Source: Octopus sinensis (taxonomy: Eukaryota). From it: 64,000 nucleotides of DNA. The first letter of the stretch is position 1. The number at the start of each line of letters is the position of its first letter. The notes below the pieces were generated by a model. The model searched no databases and had not been told where the DNA came from. It was given only the letters and a program-made list of their open reading frames with translations. This document shows, piece by piece, positions 40,275-53,000 of this stretch. The stretch is taken from assembly GCF_006345805.1 (NCBI RefSeq), contig NC_043019.1, positions 29,759,360 to 29,823,359 of the forward strand, written 5' to 3'. A program made the position numbers and the translations under genes.

Positions 40275-43200
40275 CACACTTATAAAGGAAGGAAGCGGGC
40301 TGTGACAAAGTATAGAAAACCATGCTCACTACAGACTGTGCTACTCATACATATACTTGTATACATATGCGTGCACACAAACACACTCATCCAGAGTTCA
40401 AGCACCGTTTGATTTTTTTTTTCACTTTTTTGTACCCTTTTTGTACATAAAATACTACAATTATCCATCATTTTTTATGGCACGGGGCCAGCTAGCAATA
40501 ATAATAATAATGATGATAATAATAATGCATCTATTGTCTACAGTCTTCAGGTGCTTTGCAACTCATAAAAAAAGTAGCCCTAAAGGGCATGAACAGTACA
40601 TAGAATAATGCATAGGAAGTGAACTGTGAATAAGTCATTTAAAACAAATATAAAATGGGGACATCAGGTGCACTGTTGGCAAATTTCAGGGAGCATGGAA
40701 GTTTTGAAGGATGTAGTGTCCCAACAGTTAACAATTAATGTAGGTGGTTTATTCCTTGCCTAGGCAATTTTGAACATGTAAAAGACGTTTCACGTTAACA
40801 GGTGTTTGACATATGGAATTCAAAAAGGTGCCCAAGGTTGTTGCTAGAAAGATCTCACAACATCATAAGCGGAAAGTGTAACCTCTCGAAAGAGCTGTTC
40901 TTCACTCCTGCTCCAGAGCATCGGCTGCGGGGTCATTCCGAAAAGCTCTATCTGCGACGATTTCATCTCAATCGAAGGAGAGGGGCTTTCTCCGTCCGGG
41001 TTGCGGATCTGTGGAATAAGCTGCCGGACGAGATGGTGAAGATGCCGATGACCGCTCGGTTCAAAGTCTCTCTTGATCAGAAATGGCCTGAACTCTTTGC
41101 ATGAACATCCTCCCTGTACATAACTCCATGTCCCCCTACATGGCCTTGCTTTTTGCTTTTTGAGCCAAAAAATTAACTAACTTAACTAACTAACTAACTA
41201 AATCAGTTGCTAAATGTCGGATCTTTAATGTGGCCATGCCGAGGGAAGCAGGATGTTCAGAGTATGTAGAAGGCACTTGTCTAAGATATTGCAACAAGCT
41301 GTGGGATTGTTTCAGTCATTTGACTGTGGCCATGCTGGAGCACCGCCTTTAGTTGAACAAATCGACCCCAGGACTTATTCTTTGTAAGCCTAGTTCTTAC
41401 TCTATCATTCTCTTAACACAGACACACAAACACACACACACACACACACATTTATATATACGATGGGCTTCTTTCAGTTTCCGTCTACCAAATCTACTCA
41501 CAGAACCATGTGGTTAGTAAGCAAGCTACTTACCACACAGCCACACCTGCGCATATATATATATATATATATATATAAAGTTAATCCAAACAAGAAAGCA
41601 CAAAAAAACACAACGCGAGGACGTGGAACAAATATAGTATTATTGGACGCTCAGGAAAGAACGTTTCGAGTGGAGCTCTTCGTCAGAAACTAAGAGAAGG
41701 AAAGATCCAGAGAGGGGAAGACAGAGGAAAAAAATCGCCAACGGTACACATGCGGTCACATTTTGAATGTTTATATATATATATATATACACACACATAC
41801 CAAACAGCAATAGTTTGATAGTAATGAGCAGATATGAAAAGTTTGATATAGAGATTGTAATAACTTCAGTGAGAACAGCTAGAGTTTGATCATTTAAGAA
41901 AAATGTGCTTTCAGGTTTATATTTTGCATTTTTAGGTAATGAAGTGGGTGTTTTTTTTTTTTTTGTATTTCCATCATTACATTTTTCATTCACTTTTGAA
42001 TTACATTTCATTATTTCATCTCCTAATAATGAAATAGACGGCTCAATTAATTGATAATCCTATTTCTTTGTTGCCCACAAGGGGCTAAACATAGAGGGGA
42101 CAAACAAGGACAGACAAAGGGATTAAGTTGATTACATCAACCCCAGTGCGTAACTGGTACTTAATTTATCAACCCTGAAAAGATGAAAGGCAAAGTCGAC
42201 ATCAGCGGAATTTGAACTCAGGATGTAACGGCAGACGATATACCACTAAGCACTTTGCCCGGCATACTAACATTTCTGCCAGCTCACCAACCTAATTAAT
42301 TGATAATCTTATCGACAACAATTTGTCTTTGAATTTCAGACATTTAAAATGTTCCGATATTCGAGTTTCAGCTTGAGGTTGGTAAACCTGCAAAATCATT
42401 ACTGTGCCAAACAAAATACTTAATGGCCTTTCATCTGACTTTAGCATCATATAGTAATTCTGATTGTCACTCCGTTACTTAGCCCATCCATAACACTTCC
42501 GTGTGATTAGTTGAAGGGGTGGGTAAGGTGGTGGTGAGTGAAATGTGTATTTTTTTTTTTTTAACTAAGTTTTTGGATAAAGTTTTCAGAAAAAGCCCAA
42601 CAAGTTTACCATAAATTCCACAAAATATTCACAGGACCTGCTAATTCAGATTATTCTGTCAAATGTAAAGCTTATGTATTCACACCATTTTAAATTAATC
42701 ATGCATTATTTCATAGCTTTGAGATTTAATTGATGTGATTGTTTATTTTAAAAATGATACTGTAAGGTAGCTATGAAAGATCACATCTGACCAGTTTGAA
42801 GATAAAACAGATAAAAAAAATTTTGGCCAGATGTGGCTGGTTTAAACACTAAGGGATTAAATTTCACCAAGGTAGACTTTACCTTTCACCTTTCAGGGTT
42901 GATTCAATCGACTAGCCTCTTCCCCTCAAAATATTCAGACCTTGTGCTTATTATAGAAAGAATTACCTTAACCGACTACTCTCATCATCATCATCATCAT
43001 TTAATGTCTGCTTGTGCCCATTGTCGAAAGAATATTTCATTTCGGAGTTTGTCTTGTCAGTTTTCCTTCTAAAATTGTTTGAATCATCATCATCATCATC
43101 ACTACCACTAATCTCACCATGTTTTATAGTACAATAATCCCTTGCTATATCGTGGTTCACCTATTGCACATTCAGTACATCACAGTTCACCTATCACACA

Positions 43201-44679
43201 CTCAGTATATCACGGTTCACCTATTGTGCACTCAGTACATCACTGTTCACCTCTCATGTACTCAGCACATCACGGTTCACCTATCGCACACTCAGTACAT
43301 CGTTGATTTTTCTGGCTAATATATGTAAATTTATATTGAGGACTCCTAAGTATATCCAGGTTTCTGTGGCTGATAGGTATTTATATTTTTTAAGATTTTG
43401 ATTATTTCTGTAGGAGGTTTTGAAACATAACACCCACGATAGTTGAGAGATTACTGTATTCTCAAACAATTTCTGTGGGCTATAAGATAAAAATATATAG
43501 TTGTGGAACAAAGATGACAATTATTGTTGCTTAGCCATAGGTCAACCCTTGAAGTATCTAGGACTAGCTCCTTCTGAGTCATATAGACTCATGGGGCCAG
43601 TTTGTCCATTTTCCGTGATGCATATTCCACCCCACTCCATACCAGACAGAACACCAGTCCATTGCAGAATCCCTCGCTTTTGCCAGCTGAGTGGACTGGA
43701 GCACTGTGAAATGAAACATTTTGCTCAAGGACACGACACATCACCCAGTCCAGGAATCAAAACTTCAATCTTACGATCATGAGTCCAACACCCTAATCAC
43801 TAAGCCATATGTCTCCACTATCTAGGACTTCCTCATCTAATATGCCTTTTCATTAGCGAAAGCGAAATCGAATTGAACCAGCCAGGATCCCTGGTCTGGT
43901 GGTACGTAAAAAGCACTATCCGACTTGTGGCCGATGCCAGCGCTGCCTCGACTGGCTTCCGTGCCGGTGGCACATAAAATACACCAATCTGACCGTGGCC
44001 GTTGCCAGCCTTGCCTGTGCAGGTGGCACGTAAAAAGCACCCACTACACTCACGGAGTGGTTGGCATTAGGAAGGGCATCCAGATAAGACTGGAGCCTGG
44101 TGCAGCCCCAGTCGAACCGTCCAACCCATGCTAGCATGGAGAACGGACGTTAAACGATGATGATGATGATGATGATGATTACTTGAAGTGGTAGGCTGGA
44201 AATTTGAGGGAAATTTTGGCTCCTATTCATTTCTAACATGTCAGGCAACTAACTAATTACATACAATAATCTCATGTCAGTAGTCTTGTTGATTCATACA
44301 TAGATTATTAAGCTGTTGTTTGAAACTCAACTTGAAATAAAAACAAGTTCTTACATAAAACTATTGGGATCTCTATGTCATTCACATAATATCAATGTTT
44401 CTGTTGATAGTTTTATTTAAATATCAAACATTGTAGCACAAGTTGTCTTGAGTATATTTGTAACATTGTAACGAAAGTGGAGGTTTTGGAGAAGTTTGTA
44501 TTCAAAGGAGTAATAGTGAAAAATTGACAATATTAATAATATAGAAAACGTATATTAATCCAGCAAAAATATATACTGAAAAATACTAACATTATATTAG
44601 AAATTAAACAGTTTTGTTATTAATATATATGTATATATATTGTTAATACCCACACTGAAACCATGTAAAATTTGTGTGG

Positions 44680-44719
<40 letters not shown>

Positions 44720-46228
44720 GGGACGTAGTCAGTCCACCTGTGCATACCTTCCTCCTTGTGATACTTGTGAAGGCCTGTTGAGGCAAGTGAAAATCAAAAT
44801 GAAATCAAAACAAATCAAATCAAATCAAAACAAATCAAAATAGATGAACATTAATGGAATTGTATCTTTGTGGTACCAGTGCCGGTGGCACACAAGAAAA
44901 CCATCCGAACGTGGCCGTAGCCAGTACCGCACCGACTGGCCTCCGTGCTGTGGGCACGTAACAAACACCATCCAATCGTGGCCGTTTGCCAGCCTCATCT
45001 GGCACCTGTGTCGGTGGCACATAAAAACACCATCCGAAGACCCGGCAAGGCTAGTCAGGCCATAACCTGTGGCCCCTACCTGGGACGTAGTCAGTCCACC
45101 TGTGCATACCTTCCTTCTTGTGACACTTGTGAAGACCTGTTGAGGCAAGTGAAGATCAAAACAAATCAAAATAGATGAACATCAATGGAATTTGTATCTT
45201 TGTGGCACGTGGCACACAAGAAAACCATCCGAACGTGGCCGTAGCCAGTACCGCATCGACTGGCCTCCGTGCTGTGGGCACATAACAAACACCATCCGAT
45301 CGTGGCCGTTTGCCAGCCTCATCTGGCACCTGTGTCGGTGGCACATAAAAACACCATCCAAGCGTGGCCGTCTGCCAGCCTCGTCTGGCACCTGTGTCGG
45401 TGGCACATAAAAAACACCATCCGAGCGTGGTCGTTTGCCAACCTCGTCTGGCACCTGTGTCGGTGGCACATAAAATCACCCACTACACTCTCGGAGTGGT
45501 TGGCGTTAGGAAGGGCATCCAGCTGTAGAAACACTGCTAGATCTGACTGGACTGGTGCAGCTTTCGGGCTCCCCAGACCCCAGTTGAACCGTCCAACTCA
45601 TGCTAGCATGGAAAGCGGACGTTAAATGATGATGATGATGATGATGATATATATATATATATAATTATTATTATTATTGTTATTATTAGTGATAGAAGCA
45701 GTGTTTGTTCAAATTAGTGATCTGTATACATACTGAAAGTGTGTATATTAATGAAAGCTTTCTAACTTGAGATATTCATCTCAAGAAAACATCTCTCATA
45801 TATTAAAAAACAGAAAAATATCAGCAGCAGACACACACACCTGTGTGTGTGTGTATGCTGCTAGCCAGCTCCATGTCAAATTGTCCAACCCATGCCAGCA
45901 TGGAAAATGGACATTAAACGATGATGATGATATATATATATATGTATGTATGTATAATAAGGGATAACCACTAAGTGGACATCCAATATGCTAGAAGATC
46001 ATCTACGATCTAACCACAAAGAAAGAATGTTCTTTAGAGAACATTCTTTCTTTGTGGTTAGATCGTAGATGATCTTCTTCTAGCATATTGGATGTCCACT
46101 TAGTGGTCATCCCTTATACGCATGTTTTACAATTTTTCTGAATTTTCAGATTTCTCTATATGCTAGGCTACTGGTTTTAAATCGATGTTAATTAAATTAA
46201 TATTCAATTTATCACCCTCATTATTTAA

Positions 46229-46273
<45 letters not shown>

Positions 46274-48101
46274 TGTATAGGTGTGTGTGTGTGTGCATAT
46301 ATAAATATATATCTTGTGTCTAAGGGGTATTACTGTGCCTCTTGCCAGACACAAAATTTGTTTCAATGCACAAATTCATATCAAGAATCTTGCAAACCAA
46401 AAACAAAAACAATGCACACACATAAACATGTATGTATTGTAAAATATGCCCTAGAAGTATTGTATTTATTGCTTTATACACAAGTGATTTTTTTCTTTCC
46501 CTAAATTTTATGCTATGTACCACATTGATTGCTAATCTCTGATTGCTGTGAAAGAAAGATTAATTAGGATGAAGTCAATGGTTAATTGTCCAGGAGTAAT
46601 GATTATTGATTTTCCTTGGGAGCATGATTGCTGATTTTCTCAGGTTTTTGTCTATTATTTATATTCATCTTTTGACAAATAGAAACATTTTTCTTACTGT
46701 GTTCATATATTAACCTTTTTGATACCAACCCACCTGAAATGGCCCTTGGTTCTGTGATATAGATTCCCCATTTTAAAGAGGTCTAATTTAAATCCTTCAT
46801 CAAAATTTCTTGTCAATGCTTTAAGATAAAATATGAGCTTAATAATGATAAAGGCAGTATATCTCAACAGAAATATAGCAAGAAAAGAGTTAGAGATATC
46901 TAAATTAGAATCATTCATCAATTGTTAATTTTTTAAAGGCAAAATTTGATTAATAAGGATATAGTCATTTTACTAAATTCTTTATTATTTTCAAATTAAC
47001 TGAAGCAAAGGCAGTGTATTTCAACAGAAATATGGTAACAAAAAGTTTAAGGAGATCTAAGTCAAAACCTTTAATCAAAATTTCTTGTTCATTTTATATA
47101 CCAAACATGAACTTAATAGTACTCTTTACTCTTTTACTTGTTTCAGTCATTTGACTGTGGCCATGCTGGAGCACTGCCTTTTAGTCAAGCAAATCGACCT
47201 CAGGACTTATTCTTTGGAAGCCTTGTACTTATTCTATCGGTCTCTTTTGCTGAACCGCTAAGTTACGGGGACATAAACACACCATCGGTTGTTAAGCGAT
47301 GTTGGGGGGACAAACACAGGCACACACACACATATACGAAGGGCTTCTTTCGGTTTCCATCTACCAAATCCACTCACAAGGCTTTGGTCAGCCTGAAGCT
47401 ATAGTAGAAAACATTTGCCCAAGGTGTCACGCAGTGGGACTGAACCTGGAACCGTGTGGTTTGTAAGCAAGCTTCTTACCACACAGCCACTCCTCTGCCT
47501 ATATTTTTAATGATAAAATTATTTTACTAAATTTTTTATTTTCAACAGAAACATGATAACAAAAAGTTTAAAGAGATCAAAGTTAAAACCTTCAGTCAGT
47601 TATTAATTTTTTAAAGAACTTAATGATAAAGTTATTTTACTAAATTCATTATTTTCAAAATTATAAAAAAAGTCATCCATTTCTAAGTATATTGGTTGCT
47701 GTAGTATGGCTTTAGCTGCAATGGGCTAAAATATAATGAAGAACTTATTATTTCTGATAGAATGATTGGTCTGTGTTTGATTTTGTCTTTTGATGTTAGT
47801 ATACATTTACTGAAATTCTCAAATTGATCAGATTTGAAGCTCTGCTTATTAAAATGTCATGTTTTTATATTTATATATATGTACAATCAATACAAACCTA
47901 CCTACATACATATATATATGTGTATACACACACACGCATGTACATGTGTACATTACATATGTACATATCTATATATGTATATATATATGCATGCTAGCAT
48001 GGAAAACGGACGCTAAACGATGATGATGATATATATATATATACATATGTGTATTTATATATGTATATATATATGTATGCATGCATGTATGTATGTGTGT
48101 G

Positions 48102-48180
<79 letters not shown>

Positions 48181-48291
48181 TTAGAAGTTGAGGAAATACA
48201 ATTTATTTATCAATTATTTCTTCTAAGTACATTTTTTTTCCATATAAAGGAAATTAATTAAAACTAATGGTGTGTTCAGTGATTGCTTTTA

Positions 48292-48337
<46 letters not shown>

Positions 48338-49972
48338 ATGCCTGTGTGTGTGAAGGTTATCAGCTGTTTGTTGAAAGAAGGCAGGAATTCAAGCATTTTT
48401 AGAAAATTTATTTGCTTGGCTTGGGGCGGGGGTGGGTGCAATGAATAGAAGTGAGAACTAATAAATAAATTATATTTCTCCAACTTTTACTAACTTTGTA
48501 TTTATTGTTATATATAATATTTGTACACCACTATGGACAGTGTCATAATATATGTTTTTGTGTTCCATTTAATTTTGAAAATAATCATGAATTTGCAGTT
48601 TAATATTGACAAAAATACTTAATTTTTTTGGCCAATATTAAACTGGTTCACAACATAACTCAAGAAAATGGTCTCAGAGAAAATTGTAATGGATAGTTTT
48701 AATTGAAAAATGAATACTTTAAAAGTACGATTGTCTATAATCGGTGCGTGGCTTAGTGGTTAGGGTGTCAGCATCATGATTGTAGCATTGTGGTTTCGAT
48801 TCCTGGACCAGGCGACGCGTTGTGTTCTTGAGCAAAACACTTCATTTCACATTGCTCCAGTCCACTCAGCTGGCAAAAATGAGTAATGCTGTGATGTTCT
48901 GGCGTCCCGTCCAGCTGGGGAACACATACGCCATTGAAACCAGGAAACGGGCCCATGAGCCTGGCTAGGCTTTTAAAAGGGCACATTATTTATTATTACA
49001 ATAGAATTAGATTTGAACTTAGATGAGTCGGTATCGAAAGTGTTAAAATAAGGTAATGGCATTATCTCAAGGCTATAAGTACTGTTATGGAAAAAGTGTG
49101 TAAAATGTATCCCTGTAGTTATAGGTGCATTAGGAACTATCCCTAAAGATTTGAACAGATGGATTGAGGAAATAGGTATAAAACCTAGTTTAGTGCAACT
49201 CCTGAAAACAGTGTTATTAGGGACAGCTAGGATACTTAGGAAGGTTATTGGCATCTAAGGTTACTTGTATCCTGATGTTGGGAATTTTGCTTTCCCACCA
49301 GTTTAATCTATTGTGCATATATAAAGTAATAATAACAACAGTAATAATAACAATAATAATAATAATTTCAAATTTTGGCACAAGAGAAGCAGTTTTGGGC
49401 TTGAGGGTAAGTCAATTACATTGACCCCCAGTGCTCAATTGATATTTATTTTATTGACCCTAAAAGGATGAAAAGCAAAGTTTACCTCAGCGGCATTTGA
49501 ACTCAGAATATAAAGACAGATGAAATGCCACTAGGCATTTTGCCTGGTATACTAATGATTTTGCCAGCTTGCCACCTTAACCCTTTAGTGTTCAGATTAC
49601 TCTATTAAATGTAATATTTTTTTACTCAAATTGTTTTTAATTAATCCTGCATTATCTTATAGCTTTGAGGTTTCAGTGATGTGATTGTTTATTTTTTGAA
49701 TGTCAGTGTAGATTAGGTGTGAGTGGCCAGATATCACCAGTTTGAATATAAAACAGGGGAGAATATTTGGGCCGGATATGGCCGGTTTAAACACTAAAGG
49801 GTTAAAATACTACTACTACTAATAATAATAATAACGATAATAATAATGATTCAAAATAATCATGCAAGTTTTAGATAGTTGAAAAGAATAGATAACATGG
49901 TACTGTAGGCTACAGGTAGCAAACCCTTTATACATGCAAGACTCCAAAAATTCCAACAAAACTGGAGTTAAA

Positions 49973-50013
<41 letters not shown>

Positions 50014-53000
50014 TAATAATAATAATGTGTGTATGTGTGTGCTTCAGTAACATACCTTGTGTTGGTCATTCATGTTAACAGCTGGGCAGAAGCTAACTCA
50101 TCAGAATGCAAATATCTTAATACATAAAATTATTGATGTTTCTTCTCTCAGCACTGTCATAATGTGTGTTGTTATTTTTGTTGCTATTGTTGCTGTAGTT
50201 GTTGTTGTTTTTGTTGTTGCTGTTGGTATTGGCATTGCTCTTTCGCTCATCTCTTACTTCTCCACTGTCGTTGTTGTAATAGGCGTCGGTGCCAAATATC
50301 TCATCTTGTTCGTCTGAAGCTGGATAGGCAGTACCTCTGGTGTGCGATGTGTAGCTGCTTTCTACTCGGTTGCTTCTTCCAATATCGTAATATTGGTTGT
50401 TATTGTAATTGTGCTCTGCATTGTATCCACTTTTGGTATTATATCTGCTGAATGGTAGATTATGCATCCTCTGCATAGAATGGACATTTGACCTGCTGTT
50501 AGATTGGATCATATGTCTACCTCTTTTCGACCCCATATTGTAGTTTGGTTGACTGTTGTAATTAGAGAAAGGGTTGTTGTTGTAACCCCTGTTTTGATTG
50601 TGATAGTATCCCTTTGGATTTGTGTTGTAAAAGGGTTTACCAAACAATCTAGACTCATAGTTTAACCGATCAAAACCTTTGTCGTAACCCGAGTGATCCG
50701 ACATTGTGCCATATCCAAATCGATTGGATGTTGTATCATGAATTCCTCTATTCATCACGTCAAAATTGCGACGTCTAAAATCCCTATTAAATCCTTGTCT
50801 GTTTGAATTAGGTAAATTAGGTAAATACCTGCCAGGATTGCTTTCATGCCTTTGATTTATGTTGTAGTTTGGTCTGCCATAATTCATGTTCTGTTTGTCA
50901 GCACTTTGATTTTCATCTGGATCTATTCCTGAATATATCGGATTCCTTTGATTGGCAGCCATTTGAATCTTGTGCAGCAACAAATTCTTGTCGGGATATT
51001 CTTTGTTAAACATAAACAATTGACTGTTGACCGGGTCGTGGTAATCACCATGATAACTTCTGCCGTTGTTAGTTGGTGCTTCTCCAGATTCTTCCGAGTC
51101 TTTGTCCCCTTGTGCACTGTTATCGGCCAAGGTGTTTGATTCTGCTGGATAAAGATCCATATTAAATGCTGGTCTTTCTGCTGAGGATATAATATCTCCT
51201 GCTCTTAGTCTTTCCATGTGTCTAACTCCACCGTATTTACTGTGAGACAATGCTGCGCCTTTAGTATCTTCATCACTGCTTTCATCAGATCCATCTTTTT
51301 TTTCTTCGTCCTCTGGAATGTTCATCTGACCAGCTTCGCCATCAAGTGGAAAGTCCAAATAGTTTTCTGCACCATATGGAGGGCTTAGAAAACCGTCACC
51401 TGGATACATCCCTTCATATCTGTTCTTGTCTATCATGCCATTTTGCACACCAGTTGGCACATTATGTTTGTGATTGTTGCCTTCTTCAATAGGCAGCAGA
51501 TGAGTCCCGTACTCCTCGCCAACTTGGCCTCCATATGGAATTCCATATCCATCTATACCAGAATAAAGATGCGGGATGCCATGCTCGTCAATTCCTGGGT
51601 AGAGATGTGGGATTCCATGTTCATCTACACCAGGGTAAGCATGTGGGATTCCATGTTCATCTATTCCTGGGTAAAGATAAGGTGTTTTATGATCGTCAGT
51701 TCCTGGCTGGTTCTGTGAGTTACTTCCTTTCGTGTCTGTTGTATCTGCCTCTTGCTGGCCTTGTTGTTCCTGACCTGCCTGTTCTCCAGTTTCACTCTGT
51801 GCTGTTTTAGACTCATCTGTTTCTTGTTTGTTGGTTGCTCCTGATTCTTTATTTCCTGGATAATCTTGAGAAGAACCATCAATTCTTTGAAAAATTGTTA
51901 AGTTATCTTGAGAATTTTGCTGTCCGGATCTTGTTTCTGGTTCTATTGTACCCAGTTCATTCCGACTGTCTTTTGAAATCCAAACAATGCCAGCATTACC
52001 AGATTTTCCATTTTCAGAAGGTTGATTTTCTTCTGTTTCCTGGCCTTTGTCTGGTTGCAAAGGATAATTCATTTCAGGTGTATAATCAACTCTTGGATCG
52101 TGAGCACGAATGGCCATTGGTTGAAATCGCCGTTTCCTTGATAATCCATTTGTTTCTGAGTTTTCATATTCACTACTACGAACAAATGTCCGTTCTTCTT
52201 TGTCAGAGACCTCATAATCACTGTCTTTTTTTTGAGGGCCTTTGAAGTTCCTTTTGTTTCCATGCTGCTTTCCAAATAGACGTGAATGAGTATTGAACCT
52301 AGTTTTACGGTGTTCATCTGCCTCAGAGCTTTTCTTGGTTCCATGTTCCATTTCATCTGGTTCAGTTCGCTGTCCCGAGCCTGAGCTCTTTTCAGATTTA
52401 TTGAATTTACTCCAAGAATGACCTGCTGATGAATAACTATCTCCTGCCTCGTATTCTTCATCAGCTTCCTTGGGTACACCTGGTTGTGGAGTTGCTCTTG
52501 GTTGTAGCAAAACAAAATTGTCTGAACCTCGGTGTTGTTGCTGTTGTTGTTGTTGTTGTTGCTGTGGCTGTTGTTGTTGTTGTTGTCGTTGTTGAGGTGG
52601 TGGTTGTTGTTGTTGAGGTTGAGGTTGTTCTTGAAGTTGTGGCTGTGGTTGTGGTTGTCCTTGACTTTGGGTATCGGCTGGGTTGCTATCTACTTTACGA
52701 TGTAGTCTAAGTCTCAGTTCTGCCGTGGGACTTGTCGAAGGAGGAGCTGTGCTAACCGTAACAGTTTCGGTAGTTTCCCCAAGGTTTTCTTCTGGCGTGC
52801 TCTGCACGTTTGGTGCACTCTCGAAAAGCAGCTCCTGAGGAAATAAAGGTGGTGAATCACTGGCAAACACCATGGGTGTGTCATTGACACCGATTCTTTC
52901 TTGTTGTGCAAGGGTTTCAAGAATCTCTGGGCTTAAAAAACTGTAAGCTGCCTGCCGTCTTGCTCTATGCAGTACTCTCCGTTTATTTGTGCCATCAGAA

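Noticed and set aside
43119-43319. ORF with repeated ITVHLxxTQY decapeptide
   Set aside because: It is the translation of a 30-bp minisatellite, short, with no splice or start support.
50120-50900. Assignment of the nested protein as a reflectin or suckerin
   Set aside because: It lacks the reflectin M/F-D-X5-MD motif, reflectins have no signal peptide, and it lacks the suckerin GGY/Ala-Thr modules. The similarity is only compositional.
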